Shown: piece by piece, positions 9,875 through 22,039 of the stretch
Numbering within the stretch: the stretch's first letter is position 1
How the letters are laid out: the number at the start of each line of letters is the position of its first letter
Assembly: GCA_963803975.1 (NCBI GenBank)
Contig: CAWDOY010000036.1
Span: 12,161 to 76,160 of the forward strand
Direction of reading: 5' to 3'
DNA from: an uncultured delta proteobacterium
Lineage (GTDB): Bacteria; Desulfobacterota; WTBG01; CAIYCZ01
Length of the DNA stretch: 64,000 nt
Program-made: the position numbers and the translations under genes
The notes under the pieces: model-generated
What the model was told of the DNA's origin: nothing
What the model saw: the letters and a program-made list of their open reading frames with translations, nothing else
Databases searched by the model: none

Positions 9875-11138
9875 TTAATAACCGCGCTTCTGCAGATACT
9901 GAAGGGTAAACATATCCATGGGGAACTGCTGACCAAATTCAAATTTCGGAGATTGCCATCGTCGCATGGGTTCGCTGAACGTCAATCATCTGACCGGCAT
10001 TGAAATGGGTAACCGGAACACCGTTATAGCCCTTGCCGACAAAACCGATCTGGTCCTGCACCTTCCAGAGTTTACCCTGGCGGTCATAGCGGTCGGAATA
10101 AAGCATCTGCCATGATTCGGGATCGAGATACCATATCATTTTAGTATACAGGAAGTTTGCCTCCCGGTTAACTGCTTCTACGACATGCATTTTTACCCGT
10201 TCCCGCTGCAGGCCTTTCCAGATGCATTCACCCGGCTTATGCTCAAGCTTTTTTGCATCATTATGCCTGCTCATGAGCAGCTCTTTTGCGCCGAGGATAC
10301 TTGTAGGTATTGATGCTGACCGGGCCGTCCCATCCAAGGTTGTCATACGCGCAGTAGTCGCCGCCGCCCTGGGCATCCTGGCGCTCGCTGGTGGAACGGC
10401 GCCTGATGCGGCGGATGGAAGGCATCCAGAACCAGGAGTCAAAGGCCTTCGTGCGGTCTTTGTAATTGATTTCCATGATGCGCATGTTGCGGGTCTCGGG
10501 AGGCGCAAGCTGCAGCATGGTGAAAGCGCGCCATATCTGTTTGGGGTTGTCGGGTATTCGGGGCACCGGCGGGGTGTCAGTCCTGCCGGAAATGAAACGA
10601 CATGTTGTTTTGTACCGTAAGGGTCATGTCATATTTCAGCTTGCCGTCGACGATATAGCCGTCACGTCCTGATTTTTATAGGCATCGCCGTAGTCACGGC
10701 ACCTGAAATTGTGGGCCATTTGCAGGGCATTGTCTTTGGTGTCAGGGAAGGGGACCCCGGCAGTCCAGTTTACTATCTCTCGTTGGCATCGATGCTTGGA
10801 CTGGCCGTAGTATTCCTTGGTGGCTTTAATATAACCGGGAGAATAGGGCACTTCTGGTAGGGGGCGATCACAAACCAGTTGTCACCCCAGTGGTTGGTGT
10901 CCTTCATGAGGCGTACAGTGCTCTCCGGGAGAAACTCCTTTACCTCGTCAACATTGGCCGCGGTAATTTTCTTGCCGGCAAAGGTCTTTTCCCATTCGCG
11001 TACCTTTGCCAGTTCATCTCCCTGGTAGAGGCAGCGGGAAAGTTGATATCAGCAGCCAGCACCACATCAGGCACCAGCATGAACAGCGCACACAGCAGCG
11101 CAACGAACTTTCTGATATTCTTTTTTATATGACATCAT
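9875..11138 (-). CDS. DUF1329 periplasmic LolA-like protein, copy A (frameshifted)
   Basis: Fragments ELAKVREWEKTFAGKKI, AGVPFP, WFWMPSIRRIRR, WYLDPESW, YDRQGKLWK; collinear with the intact paralog at 32268. Confidence 0.85.
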
Positions 11139-11156
11139 GTACCTCCCTCCCGTTTA

Positions 11157-12703
11157 TTAGAATTCGTATGTTATGTCAAATGTACGTGTATCAAGTGGAC
11201 CCGTGGGATAGCCTTTCACGGTTGACCCCTCAACATAGTTAAGATACCGGACCATGTACGTCCAGCGGAATGTGGGCTTGAAGGCGGTCATAAGCGTGTA
11301 ATAGCTCTTGCCGGGGGTGAGCTGATAGGCTGCGTAAAGGCCGACCAGGATTCTATCGTTCCAGAACCCGTAGTCGATAGCCTCGGTCATGGTTGCCCAG
11401 TAATGGCGGTCCGCGGAATAGGTATTGTACGGGAAAATCTGGTAGGTGCTCTTGATTGCTCGGTATCCACTCCTGGCCAGCTGGGTAGAGGTGCTGAGGA
11501 GCTTGCCGCGGTTCCACTGGCTGATCCAGGGTAAATAGATTTTGCCGTCCCAGCGCAATAGTGTCAGCGTAACGGTTATAGCTGCGGGTATCATTGTTGA
11601 TGCCCACGAGATCAGCGCACTTTTTGCTCAATTCCGCGATGAATTCGTTTCGCAGCACACAGCCGCTCATTCGCACCGGCGTGCAGGGGATAAGCGGAAT
11701 CACCTGAGCAATGGGCCGGTTAAAGGTGAAGCCGTATTGAATTGTAGCGCTGGAAGTTTGTCACATCCTTGTCCGGCGGAACGAGCCGCCGAGAGCACCG
11801 GGTCCGAGAGCAGCTATAAGCTGCGCCTCCAAGGCTTTGCCGGTTTTGTACGTACCGTTCGGGTTGCGCTTATTCATGATAAAAGAAGGTCCAGTCAAAA
11901 CCCCAGGTAAAGCCCCTGATTCTGAAGCCTATTGCCGGGTCTCCCCAGGATGAGGGCTTGTCGCGGTAGGTCGATAAGAAAGAGCTCGTTGGGATGCTGC
12001 AAGGCATTAAATGATCGGGGTGCATCAGGTGGTAGCCTGCCGGCCAGTTGTAGTTGGGCTCAAAGTCAGGGATAATAAGGCCTTCAAAGGTCATGTCTAG
12101 CGGGCAGGCCGCGGGGGGTATAATAAAGCCTGAGCATCCACAGGCCGCGTTTTATCTCGGCAAAGTCAGGGTAGCCGGGATTCAGCAGCCCGCGTAAATC
12201 AACGGGGTTGACAATGTCGGCGGTGCGCTCAAACGAGGTCTCGCCCCAGGATACAATCTGCTTGCCGGCGCGGACCTGGAACAGGGAGGTCGTGTACTCA
12301 AGATACAGTTCGCGGCAGACATCGCGAAAGGTCTGATAGGAGCGCAGCTGGCTGATGCCCTTGTGACCGCTCATGTGCCGCACATAATCATTAAAGCCGC
12401 TGTCAACCTTGTCCGCATAATCATAGAACTGCTTCCAGACCCCGTAGGCGTTCCACTCGTGGTCCGGGCACTGCTGGATGTGATACATGGTCTCAAGCTT
12501 CAATGAGGTGCGGAAATTGAAGATGTCGTAGTCATAGAGCTGGCCGGGGGAGGTGTTGTTTGTCCGCAAGTTGAGCTGCTCTGAAATCTTGCCGTGGACG
12601 ACGAACTTGCCGTCGCAAAGTCAATGGCAGAAGCACCTCCTGCCATTACCGCCAGAAGCAGCGCGGAGAGTAAAACTGATAGATAATACAGTCTCTTTTT
12701 CAT
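11157..12703 (-). CDS. DUF1302-like outer-membrane beta-barrel, copy A (frameshifted)
   Basis: Signal peptide; RELYLEY, RAGKQIVSWGE, DIVNPVDLR, GFTWGFDWT; C-terminal ITYEF. Confidence 0.85.
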
Positions 12704-12851
12704 AGGCCCTCCTTTGGTTAAATTTGTTATTCAATACCCCTGAATTGTATGCTAAGGAACTTATAGTAAAAATAATTCAGCATGTAAAGAAATTTTTAGC
12801 AGAATTATACAAAAAATAAGTTCCTATTTTCCAGCTACTTGCCCTGCTTTT

Positions 12852-15207
12852 TCAGAGGAATTTCGGTTTGAACAGGAGTATCAGCACCGGCACCAGAAAT
12901 ACCGCTCCCAGGCAATTGAGGAACAGGATGACCGCCAGCATGAGCCCCATCTGCGCCTGGAACTTGAGACCCGAGAGCGTCCACACCAGGAGGCCGATGA
13001 CCAGGGTCCCGGCAATGGCGATGATTGACTTTGAGTAGCTGCGGATGGTGCGCATCAGAGCCTCCTCAAGGGTGATGGACGGATCAGTTTCTTTTCTCCT
13101 CCTCCACGCGCGCCAGCAGGTATATCCCGTAATCAACCCCCATGCCGATACCTGCGGCGGAGACCGGCAGCGTTGATATGGAAAGGCCGATCTGGTTCAA
13201 GGCCATATAGGCATAGGCCATCCAGTTGGAGATGGCCAGCGGTATGGTGAGGATGAGCCCGGCCTTGAATGACTTAAACTCAAGGGTGCAGAAGAAGAAA
13301 ACCCCCAGCAGTGCCAGGAACAGTGTCTGCAGCTGCTTGTCCCAGACCACCTCGTTGATTGCCGCCTCAGTGCCGATGACGCCGCCGGCAAGCCGGTATT
13401 TAAAGCCTTCCGGCAGTTTGGACAGCCCATTGATATATTGTTTTGCCGTGTCAATGGCGCGCTTTATGGTGGGCCCGGTCTTGTCGGTATAAAAGACCAC
13501 GAGGTTGGTCTGCATGATCTTGGGGTCGACGAACTTGTTCATGTCCCCGGGATCGCCGGACTGAGCGAGGCCGACAAGATAGGCGTTGGCCGGACCGGGT
13601 CTTCCGCAGAGCCCATCCATTTCGGGTCGTCCTCGTGGAACTTCTGCGGCATGACCATGAGGGGGGATATCGATATTCTGAAAGCCGGCGCTGCCCCGGA
13701 TTTTTTCATCATGTAATAGGAGAAATTTTTAACATCCACCATCGATTGCGGGTCGGTGAGGGAGCGCTGCTTTTCGCCCTCCACCATGATATAGAGCGGG
13801 TTGATGAGGGGCAGGTTCTGATTGATGCGCACGCTGTCCTGGTTGTAGCGGGAAGACGGGTAGAGAAGATTTGACCCCACCTCGGCATCGCCCACTATCA
13901 GCTTCTCTGACCAGTAGTAGGAAAAAACGGTTATGAGCACGCTGACAACAATAACAATGTAGCGTCCCTTGCCGACAATCCACGGGGCAAGCCAGTCGGC
14001 AAACTTGTTCTCCCAGCCCTTGCGCTGCTCATCCTGGAGCCGCAGATGTTCTATGTGCTTCAGCAGCTTTGGCGATACCGGCACATAGGTGAGCAGCACC
14101 GGCGTCAGAATAAGGCCCACGATGACCGTGATGACTGACCAGAACGCGCCGGCTATGGCAATGTGCTGCAGCACCGGTACCGGCGTGATGGCGATGATGG
14201 CGATGCCGAAGGCATCGGTTATAATACTGGTCAGTCCGGGGAGGAACATCTGTTCGATAATCACCCGCACGCCTGCCAGGGCGTCTTTGGTTTTGATGTA
14301 CTCCTCATAGTAGCGGTTATAGAGCTGGTGAGAGTGGCGGAAGGCCATGAGAGAGATAAGAAACGGCAGCACAAACACCAGCGGGTCAAGGTTATAGCCC
14401 ATGATGGCCATGAAGCCGAGGCCCCAGATGCCTGAAACGACTGCTGCCAGAGGGACAATCAGCACCGCCCAGAAGGAGCGGTACGCAAGGAAAAGAAGCA
14501 GGGGGATTATCACCAGGGTGGCCCCCATGATGTAGTTCATGGTGTCGATCATGCTGGCCACCACGCCCAGATGCATGGGATGACCGACGATGGAAACGGT
14601 GGTGTTGGCGTCTTCGGTTTTGGCGCGGAGGCGATCGAGCTCTTTGGTTATCCCGGCGTAGTCAAGGGCCTCTTCTTCAAAGAAGTCCGCGTAGATAAGA
14701 GATTTTTTTGAGTCGAGGGAGACATAGGAGCCGTAATAGGCCTCGTTGGAGTAGATCGCCTCTTTTAATTTCTGCATCTCCTGGTCTGTTTTCGGCACCT
14801 CCGGCCACATGAGAGATGTTGCTTCAATGCCCCAGGAGGTTATCTTGGGGTTTTTCAGCTTGCGGGAGGCAATAGAAATAATTTTGTAACGGTCAATGCC
14901 GGGGATTGCCTCAAGCTCGTTGGTGATATAGCGTATCTTCCCCAGGGTGTCTTTGTTGAAGATGTCGCCGTCTTTCACCGAGACCATGATAACCAGAAAA
15001 TTGGCCCCGCCAAAGGTTTTGCGGAAATCATTGTGGACTTTGATGTATTCATGGGTCTGGGGCAGGAGCTCGTTGAAATTGGTGCTGAGGGTGAGGGTCC
15101 GCATCTTAGTAGGCAAAAAATACCGTAATGCCGGCTATTATCAGCAGCACCAGCAGGCGTCTTTTAATAACAAAGTCGGCTAACTTTTTCACAAACAGTT
15201 CGGTCAT
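12852..15207 (-). CDS. MMPL/RND-family transporter, copy A (frameshifted)
   Basis: LLPQTHEYI..H..F...FGGAN, LDPLVFVLPFLI, LAGGVIG, GIGMGVDYGIY, FKPKFL. Confidence 0.9.
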
Positions 15208-15259
15208 AGGTCTTCCCTTTAATAAAAGATTAACATCTGAATTACATCACGCCGGGTAT

Positions 15260-16317
15260 TTATTTATGCGTTACGGGTATACCGGAAAGCATGGCCCAGG
15301 TTTTACCCCCGTCTTCTGTTTTGATAATGGTTCCGCGTGAGCCTACTGCCCAGCCGTTGAGACCGTCACAGAAATCCATGTCGCGCAGCCAGAATTTGGT
15401 GTTGGTGGCATCGGCATGCAACTCCCAGGTTTTGCCGTTGTCCGCGGAATGGAGGTAGGTGCCTTTCTGCCCCACTGCCCAGAGGTTCCCCTCCCGGGCA
15501 ACAATTTTATAGAGGGTGAGTTTTCTCTCTTCAGCCGGGTTCTTCAGTTTTTTCCAGGTTAAGCCGCCATCCTCGGTGGCGATGATGGTAGAGTCCATTC
15601 CCGAGGCCCAGCCGTGCTGCGGATCGGCAAACCAGACGCTGTAGAGCGACGGGGCAGGGGTCTCCCACTGGGTTTTATCCACTATTGGGATAATCTCTCT
15701 GCACTCCTGCTTTTGCCAGGTTTTGCCGCCGTCCGTGGTGTGATAGATGAGGCTGGTTTCACCGACAACCCAGCCGTTATTCTGATCCGTAAAGTAGATA
15801 CTGTTGTAAATCTTGTCTTCTCCAGAGCCCTGGCTGACCCAGGTGGCGCCGCCGTCACTGGTATGGATGATGGTGCCGAGGTCTCCCGCGGCCCAGCCGT
15901 TGCGCTCGTCGACAAACATCAGGGTAAAGAGATGGTTGGTCACTCCAGTTTTTTGCCGAACCCAGGTTTTGCCGCCGTCAGTGGTATGCAGCATGAGGCC
16001 TTCCCGGCCGCTTATCCATCCAATAGCAGGCGTGACAAAGGACACGGCGCTGAGGTTGTTCTCAACCCCGCTTTTCTGGAACTCCAGGTCTTTCCGCCAT
16101 CCGACGTACAGACAATCACCGAGTTGAAGCCCACTATCCAGGTGTGCTGACGGTCAAGGCAGTCAACGGCAAAAAGATTATCAGTGGTGACAATGGGAAA
16201 GGGTGGCTTCTGGGGAGTTGGCGGCTGGACCCTGCTGCATGAGGAGACAAGAAAAGCTGGCAGGATGAGCAGAAAACAGAGCAGGGCAGGTGTAGCAGTT
16301 TTTGATTTACCGAACAT
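15260..16317 (-). CDS. YCF48/BNR-repeat beta-propeller lipoprotein, copy A (frameshifted)
   Basis: Lipobox VSSC; many GW.VG..G.I.HT.DGG.TW repeats. Confidence 0.9.
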
Positions 16318-16443
16318 ACACATTGTGGCTTACCTCATATTCGTGGTTGAATAACGTTATCATTCACTTTGGGGCTATTATAAAATATATTTCCCGGAAA
16401 ATGTCAATTGAGGCAATCACTAATTTATGGGTAGGGGAATCCC

Positions 16444-17130
16444 CTATGGAAGTTCTCCGCTTAATACCCAGTGAATGGCATGCTGGACCAGCTCAGCGGA
16501 GCTTTTGAGATTGAGCTTCTCCTTGATGTTTGCCCGGTATGCTTCAACGGTTTTGATGCTGATGTTCAGGCTGTCGGCAACCTGTCGGGTGCCGAGGCCG
16601 CGGCCAAGCAGCTGAAATACCTGCAGCTCGCGGTCACTGAGCAGCTCAATCGACGAGGTCGTTTCATCGCGGCGGCTGTCAATGAAGGTATTGAGCATTT
16701 TGGCGCTCATGGCATCGCTCAGGAAAATTTTCCCCTGCAGCACCTGCCGGATAGCAATGATGACTCTTTCCGGTGCTTCCTGCTTCATAATATAACCTTT
16801 TGCGCCGGCACGCAGGGCACGTTCGGCGTATAGAGTTTCATCATGCATGGACAGTACCAGCAGAGGTAAATCAGGGTGCTGCAGGCGGATGGTTTTGATG
16901 AGCTCAATGCCGCTGTCGTGGCCGAGAGATATATCAATGATGGCAATGTCCGGTTTCAAGTCCTGGATGGCAGGCAGCACCGAACGGGCGTTTTCAGCCT
17001 CGCCGCACACCATCAGGTCAGGTTCCTGGTCAATCAGGAGCTTGAGCCCCTGACGGACGATGGGGTGGTCGTCCACGATAAATACCCGGGAACGGATTCT
17101 GTTTTTTTCCGGCCGGATTGCAGCCGTCAT
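16444..17130 (-). CDS. NarL/LuxR-family response regulator
   Basis: IVDDHPIVRQGL, IIDISL, GAKGYIMK, LSDRELQV HTH. Confidence 0.95.
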   Translation of the reverse strand: MTAAIRPEKNRIRSRVFIVDDHPIVRQGLKLLIDQEPDLMVCGEAENARSVLPAIQDLKPDIAIIDISLGHDSGIELIKTIRLQHPDLPLLVLSMHDETLYAERALRAGAKGYIMKQEAPERVIIAIRQVLQGKIFLSDAMSAKMLNTFIDSRRDETTSSIELLSDRELQVFQLLGRGLGTRQVADSLNISIKTVEAYRANIKEKLNLKSSAELVQHAIHWVLSGELP

Positions 17131-17132
17131 TA

Positions 17133-19158
17133 TTATCCCTCCAGCGCAGCAGTTTTTTGCAACGCACAGTTTACGACAGTTCCGCCGCCGGACCGCGCTT
17201 CAACAGACAGTGATGCTCCTATCATCTTGGCCCGGTAGCTCATGATATGCAGCCCCATGCCTTTACCGCGGTCAGGGGAAGGAGCTAATCCCACGCCATC
17301 ATCCTCAATCGTGAGAACGGTTTGATCGTTGCGGAAAGAAAGACTAATGATGATATGTTTTGCCCGGCCGTGTTTCATAGCGTTATTGACCGCTTCCTGT
17401 GCAATGCGGAACAGGTGCGTCGCGGTGGTAGTGCTGGGGATAACCACCGAGCCGTCTCCGTGAAACAGGCAGGAGATGCTGAAAAGTCCGGTAACCGTAT
17501 CGGCAAGCTCCCGCAGGGACAGCAGGAGGCCGTCTTCCCCCAGCGCAACCGGTGAAAGCCCGCGCGCCAGGCCCCGGGTCATTTCTATCGCCTGGTTCAT
17601 AAGCCGCGTTATATCTTTCGCGTGAACGGTTTCATCGGAGGATTTCGCCGCCAGCTTCTGCTCCAGAACCTTGCTCAAAAAGGCGATGCCGGTCAGGTGC
17701 TGGGAGAGCCCGTCATGCAGATCCTGGCCGATCCTGATCCTGCTCGCGCCCGCTTATCTCGATGATCTCCCGTATGAGCTGCCGGTTCATGGTGGTGTCG
17801 TGGATAACCGCCATGATGCCGCTCACAGCTCCTGTGGCGTCGCGCAGTGGCGCCGCGGAAATGGTCAGATCAATTGGGGAGCCGTCTTTCTTATTACAGC
17901 GAATTTCAAAATCAGTAAAGCTGTTTCCCTGCGTCACCCGCTCCATCATACCCTGAACGTCGCGCTGTTTATCCGGCGGAACAAAGGGAAGCGGCCTGCC
18001 CAGCACTTCTTCCGCGCTCCAGCCGAACATGCGCTCTGCTGCCGGGTTCCACATTTTTACCTTCTGCCCTGCCGCAATGGAAACAATGGCCAGCGGCGAA
18101 GCTTCAATAAGAGCCATGAGCGCCTCGTTTGATTCAATAAGGGCCTCCTCGGCGCGTTTACGCTCGCTGACCTCCTTGACCAACTCAGATTTTTGCCGGA
18201 AAAAAGTGGTGATCAGCCGGGCGAGGTTGCCGAATTCAGTGCGGCTGCCTTCCAGCCGGTGAATGAGCTGCGGGTCTTCTGTTTTAAGATTGCGGGATGT
18301 CATGATTGAGTGGAATATTTACCCAACGCAGCAGAAAGTAGAAAATGCCGGTTATAATTGCCGAGGCAAACACGGCAAACAGCATTATTTGCCGTGTTGT
18401 CATCAGGTTTAATTCTTTTAACAGGGGAGATTCATTCATCACGGAGACCAGCAGCCGGGGTTTGATCCATCCATAGAAAACACGGGAAAAACTGAACGAG
18501 CCGGTGCGGTAATTGTACGTATAGCTGCTGTCAACATTCTCTCCGGTGCCCCCGAGCGGCTGGACGGTAATGGTGCTTTCAGTCAGAATCGACAGCTCAT
18601 CGATATAGTCCCGGCTCCACAGCCTCCCCGCCACCAGGAATCCCGGGGAGCGGTTTCCGCAACCGGTCGCCTGCCGGCTGAACCGGCGCGGTCTGTATCT
18701 CCATGACGCCGTAGAGAGTGTTGATGAAGAAATGGCTGAAAAAATGTGATGCGAAAGACTGGAATCGAGGAGCCGGGGAGGGCTATGTTCTGCAGCTTCT
18801 CCCTGGCCAGGGCGGCATGGCTGAAGTACAGAGGGGAAAAAGCAGCATCAAATATCCACACGGCATGGATGTAAAAGCTCGAAAGAAACGGATCAATAGT
18901 GCTGTGCACCAGTTCCTGATTGCCGTTTGCTATAAAGCTGACTATTTCATCCCGGTTGCTGAAATCATACGCGAACATTTCAAGGGATGCGCTTTCAAGC
19001 TTCAGGATTTTATCGAAGAGGGTGTTTTTTTCCAGGACGCGGGTCCGGATAATCATTTCTTCACGGCTGCGCTGGGAATAGCGCATCAGCATGAAAGCGG
19101 CAAGAAACAGGCAGGTAATGAAAAACAGCAGCAGGATGATTTTGGTCTGTATTTTCAC
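17133..19158 (-). CDS. Sensor histidine kinase (CHASE4-like periplasmic sensor, PAS, HisKA_3; frameshifted)
   Basis: N-terminal TM; PAS WNPAAERMFGWSAEEVLG; QDLHDGLSQHL H-box across a frameshift; IAQEAVNNAMKH, DDGVG, GMGL. Confidence 0.88.
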
Positions 19159-19336
19159 TGCACATTCTGGACGGCGGGTTTATCTTATTGGATGGAGTAT
19201 ATCACAGAAGGGCAGGGGGCAGTAATAGTAAATTTCAAAACCGGTCCCGCGTTGAAGCAGAGTAGCAAAAAGGGAGACGGAAAACAAAATACGTGCCCGA
19301 AATTTTGCACCGGGCACTTGTTTAATAAAATTCCTG

Positions 19337-20236
19337 TTAGAGTCCTGGGCCGTAATAGTCGGTCCGCCAGAAGCCCTCCTTGAAATAGTGATTGAAAGCA
19401 TCCTCATCGTTGAAAAGCAGGTGCCCGAGACTTACCGCGGAATCTTTTTCCAGCAGGGTGTTGATGAACTCTTCCGTGCCGGCTTTGGTGCCGCTTATCA
19501 GGGCAGCATCATCCTCGGGCTGCAGGCGGGCAAGTGCGGTCAGATAGGCATCAGCATAGAGCTTGAATGCTTCCAGTGCAGTATCATAGTATGCCTTGAG
19601 CTCGGCTTCATCGTCTGACTTGGGTTTCTGGATTTCAATGCGGTACTTTGATTTATAGGCTTCAAGATGTTTTGTGTATTTGCCCCGGTCTTCTCCGGTT
19701 CTCTGGTATTTTTCAACGAGCGCCAGCCCCTGGTCGAGCTTTGCAACCTCATCGCCGAAGAATGTGTCAACGTCGATTTCATCCATGTTGACATCATAAA
19801 AGTCCATGCTGAAGGAGGTGGACATTCCTGCCATACCTTTCAGTGCGTCGCCATGCAGATAGGGTGCCCGGATGTCGGCATTGGGCCGCACCACGAACGC
19901 CACATCACTGAAGGAGCCGGAATCCGGCGGCTCTTCAAACTGGCTGATGCAGGCGGTTGCCATGTGGTCGCTTTCACCCGGATAGAGATGAACTTCAAGC
20001 TGGCTGGAGCCGAAAATCAAGCGGGGCAGCAGCGTCAGATTCAGGACATAATTATCAAAGTCCTTTGCGATGTCGCGGGTATCGTATCCCGGCATGGCCT
20101 GAAATTTTGCCAGGAGGTACTCCTGCATGTTTTTATACAGGTCATAGTCTTTTTCCGGGGTCTTGGCGCAGGAAACAAGCAGCGGGATACAGCACAGCAT
20201 CAGGATAGCAAACGAGAAAGATTTTGCATGTTTCAT
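19337..20236 (-). CDS. Lipoprotein with ferredoxin-dependent bilin reductase (FDBR/RCCR)-like pattern
   Basis: Lipobox LVSC; VVRPNADIRAPYLHGD..., SMDF, AFKLYADAY, LLEKDSA..LG.LLF...F..YFKEGFW. Confidence 0.65.
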   Translation of the reverse strand: MKHAKSFSFAILMLCCIPLLVSCAKTPEKDYDLYKNMQEYLLAKFQAMPGYDTRDIAKDFDNYVLNLTLLPRLIFGSSQLEVHLYPGESDHMATACISQFEEPPDSGSFSDVAFVVRPNADIRAPYLHGDALKGMAGMSTSFSMDFYDVNMDEIDVDTFFGDEVAKLDQGLALVEKYQRTGEDRGKYTKHLEAYKSKYRIEIQKPKSDDEAELKAYYDTALEAFKLYADAYLTALARLQPEDDAALISGTKAGTEEFINTLLEKDSAVSLGHLLFNDEDAFNHYFKEGFWRTDYYGPGL

Positions 20237-20344
20237 AGGGATACTCCTTGTGTGAGTTTATAAATATATAACCATGGTCTCTTAATAGGTAATAAAAGAG
20301 TTGATAATGGATGTCAAGGTGAAAAGCTGGATGTGTATGTATTT

Positions 20345-20378
20345 AAAGTGAAAAGTGAAAGGTGAAAGGTGAAAGGGA
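20345..20378 (+). repeat. Heptamer tandem repeat (GTGAAAG)n
   Basis: AAAGTGAAAAGTGAAAGGTGAAAGGTGAAAGGG. Confidence 0.7.
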
Positions 20379-20386
20379 GGATACTG

Positions 20387-21082
20387 TTAGCTTCTGTTAA
20401 GAAATTTGATGAGAAAGACAGCAGAGCCAGCCCCGTTTTCAATGAGATGGGCGATGACCGGCGTCAGCAGCGAGCCGCTCCACAGATAGCCCAGTGCGAA
20501 GAAGATGCCCATGCAAAAAAGCAGCACGGAGTTTTGCAGCGGAAAAAAGTGGTAGAGAGTGAAGATGAGCGACTGCAGGATGAGTGAAACCACGATACCA
20601 AAACGGTTTGACAAAACCGGCAGCAGCATGCCCCGGAAAATAATTTCTTCACCGAAAGCATTAAGCAGGGCCGCCGTGAGCAGGAGCGCGATAGCGACAG
20701 CTGAACTGGTGTGCTCCAGGGCAGCGCCGCCGGTTGAAACATACGGGGTGCCAAACAGAAGATACGAGTATTTCTGGTAGAGACCGGCAAAGACCATCAT
20801 CCCCGCAGCCAACACCACACCCTTCCACAGCGCCTGCCACAGCCCGTTGTTTACCCAGCCGAGACAGGATGGGTTCAGGCCGGCAAGTTTCCATAGCAGA
20901 AAGAGAGGGATAATGGTCTTGGAAGAAATTACCAGAAAGGTGAGCAGGGCAGGGTAGATATCCCCGCGGGAAGCCAGCGTCGGGTGGAAAGCCTTTTCCA
21001 GAAGCACCAGGATACTGACAGCGATGATAACCGCTAAAGTTATACCGGGGGCTTTTGGATACTGCTGGAAGAGATTCAGCAT
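20387..21082 (-). CDS. CPBP/CAAX-family intramembrane glutamic endopeptidase
   Basis: EEIIFRG, FTLYH, SLLTPVIAHLIEN; multiple TM segments. Confidence 0.92.
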   Translation of the reverse strand: MLNLFQQYPKAPGITLAVIIAVSILVLLEKAFHPTLASRGDIYPALLTFLVISSKTIIPLFLLWKLAGLNPSCLGWVNNGLWQALWKGVVLAAGMMVFAGLYQKYSYLLFGTPYVSTGGAALEHTSSAVAIALLLTAALLNAFGEEIIFRGMLLPVLSNRFGIVVSLILQSLIFTLYHFFPLQNSVLLFCMGIFFALGYLWSGSLLTPVIAHLIENGAGSAVFLIKFLNRS

Positions 21083-21190
21083 GGTACAATGCCTGCAGTG
21101 GAGAGACAAAATAAAATGTGGAAACCCGCGGCCGCTGCCGGAAGTTTCCACATTGCCGTGAACTATTGTTTCAGAACGGGCCTTAGATGC

Positions 21191-21988
21191 TTACTCAAGT
21201 CCGAACATGACGGTGCGGATGTACTCCTGCTGTTTCTCCGGGCCGAGCAGCTTTTTAAAGACATCGACCGCGGGCCCGCCTTTTTCCAGGAGCGTTGTGA
21301 CATAGAGTTCAAATCCCTGCCGAACTTTCCTGCTCTGTTCGGCATCGAGCTTCTGCGCGTTCTTTGTCATTTCGATGTAGGCGTCAAGATACCCCTGAAA
21401 TATGGCAAGCAGCTTAGCATCATCTTCAGCTTTTGCATTGGCATGGATACTGACATCGGCAACAAAGTCCTTGTACCAGTCACGAACCCCGACCGGCGCG
21501 AAACCCTTCAGCTCAGCTGAAAGCTTTCTCATCTTGTCATAGCAGGCCTTCTTGTTGGCGTCATCAATGCGGGCAGGATCAATCAACTCCATGACGTATA
21601 CCCGCTTGCCGCCCGGGATCGCGATGATATCGACAGAGAGCATGGGCAGGTTGTAATCATAGGCGGGCCTGAGCAGCAGCGTGTACATCCTGATGCAGAG
21701 AAACATGGTGGCGTCAATATTATTGATGCGCGCCAGGCGGTCAGACTGCTGGCTGTCCACCATGAACTGAAACATCTTAAGCGCCTTCCAGGGAGCGATG
21801 TATTGAAATTCTGCCTTGATCGGGTAGGGCTGCAGCGGAAAATTTTTCGCCAGCGCCTCGCGCGCATAGCTGTCGTAGCGCGCATACATGCGATCACCCT
21901 CTCTTCTCATAACCGACGCGATGATCAGAGCCGCTATGACCAGCAGCACGATGATGATGCCGAGATATTTAAGTATCTTTAAGAACAT
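21191..21988 (-). CDS. N-terminally membrane-anchored FDBR-like (PebA/PcyA-pattern) protein
   Basis: N-terminal TM helix; LRPAYDYNLPMLSVDII, IFQGYLDAY, YVTTLLEKGGPA.DVFKKLLGPEKQQEYIRTVMF. Confidence 0.75.
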   Translation of the reverse strand: MFLKILKYLGIIIVLLVIAALIIASVMRREGDRMYARYDSYAREALAKNFPLQPYPIKAEFQYIAPWKALKMFQFMVDSQQSDRLARINNIDATMFLCIRMYTLLLRPAYDYNLPMLSVDIIAIPGGKRVYVMELIDPARIDDANKKACYDKMRKLSAELKGFAPVGVRDWYKDFVADVSIHANAKAEDDAKLLAIFQGYLDAYIEMTKNAQKLDAEQSRKVRQGFELYVTTLLEKGGPAVDVFKKLLGPEKQQEYIRTVMFGLE

Positions 21989-22039
21989 GAAAGTACCCCT
22001 CGCTGCTTTTTAGACGCTCTGTATATGCAGTGCAGGCGC

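Noticed and set aside
18718..20263. Long plus-strand ORFs 18718-19383 and 19667-20263
   Set aside because: Antisense shadows of the kinase and FDBR-like genes with no recognisable motifs
20345..20378. Heptamer repeats here and near 57347 as a functional system
   Set aside because: Short intergenic simple repeats with no associated gene or evidence of function
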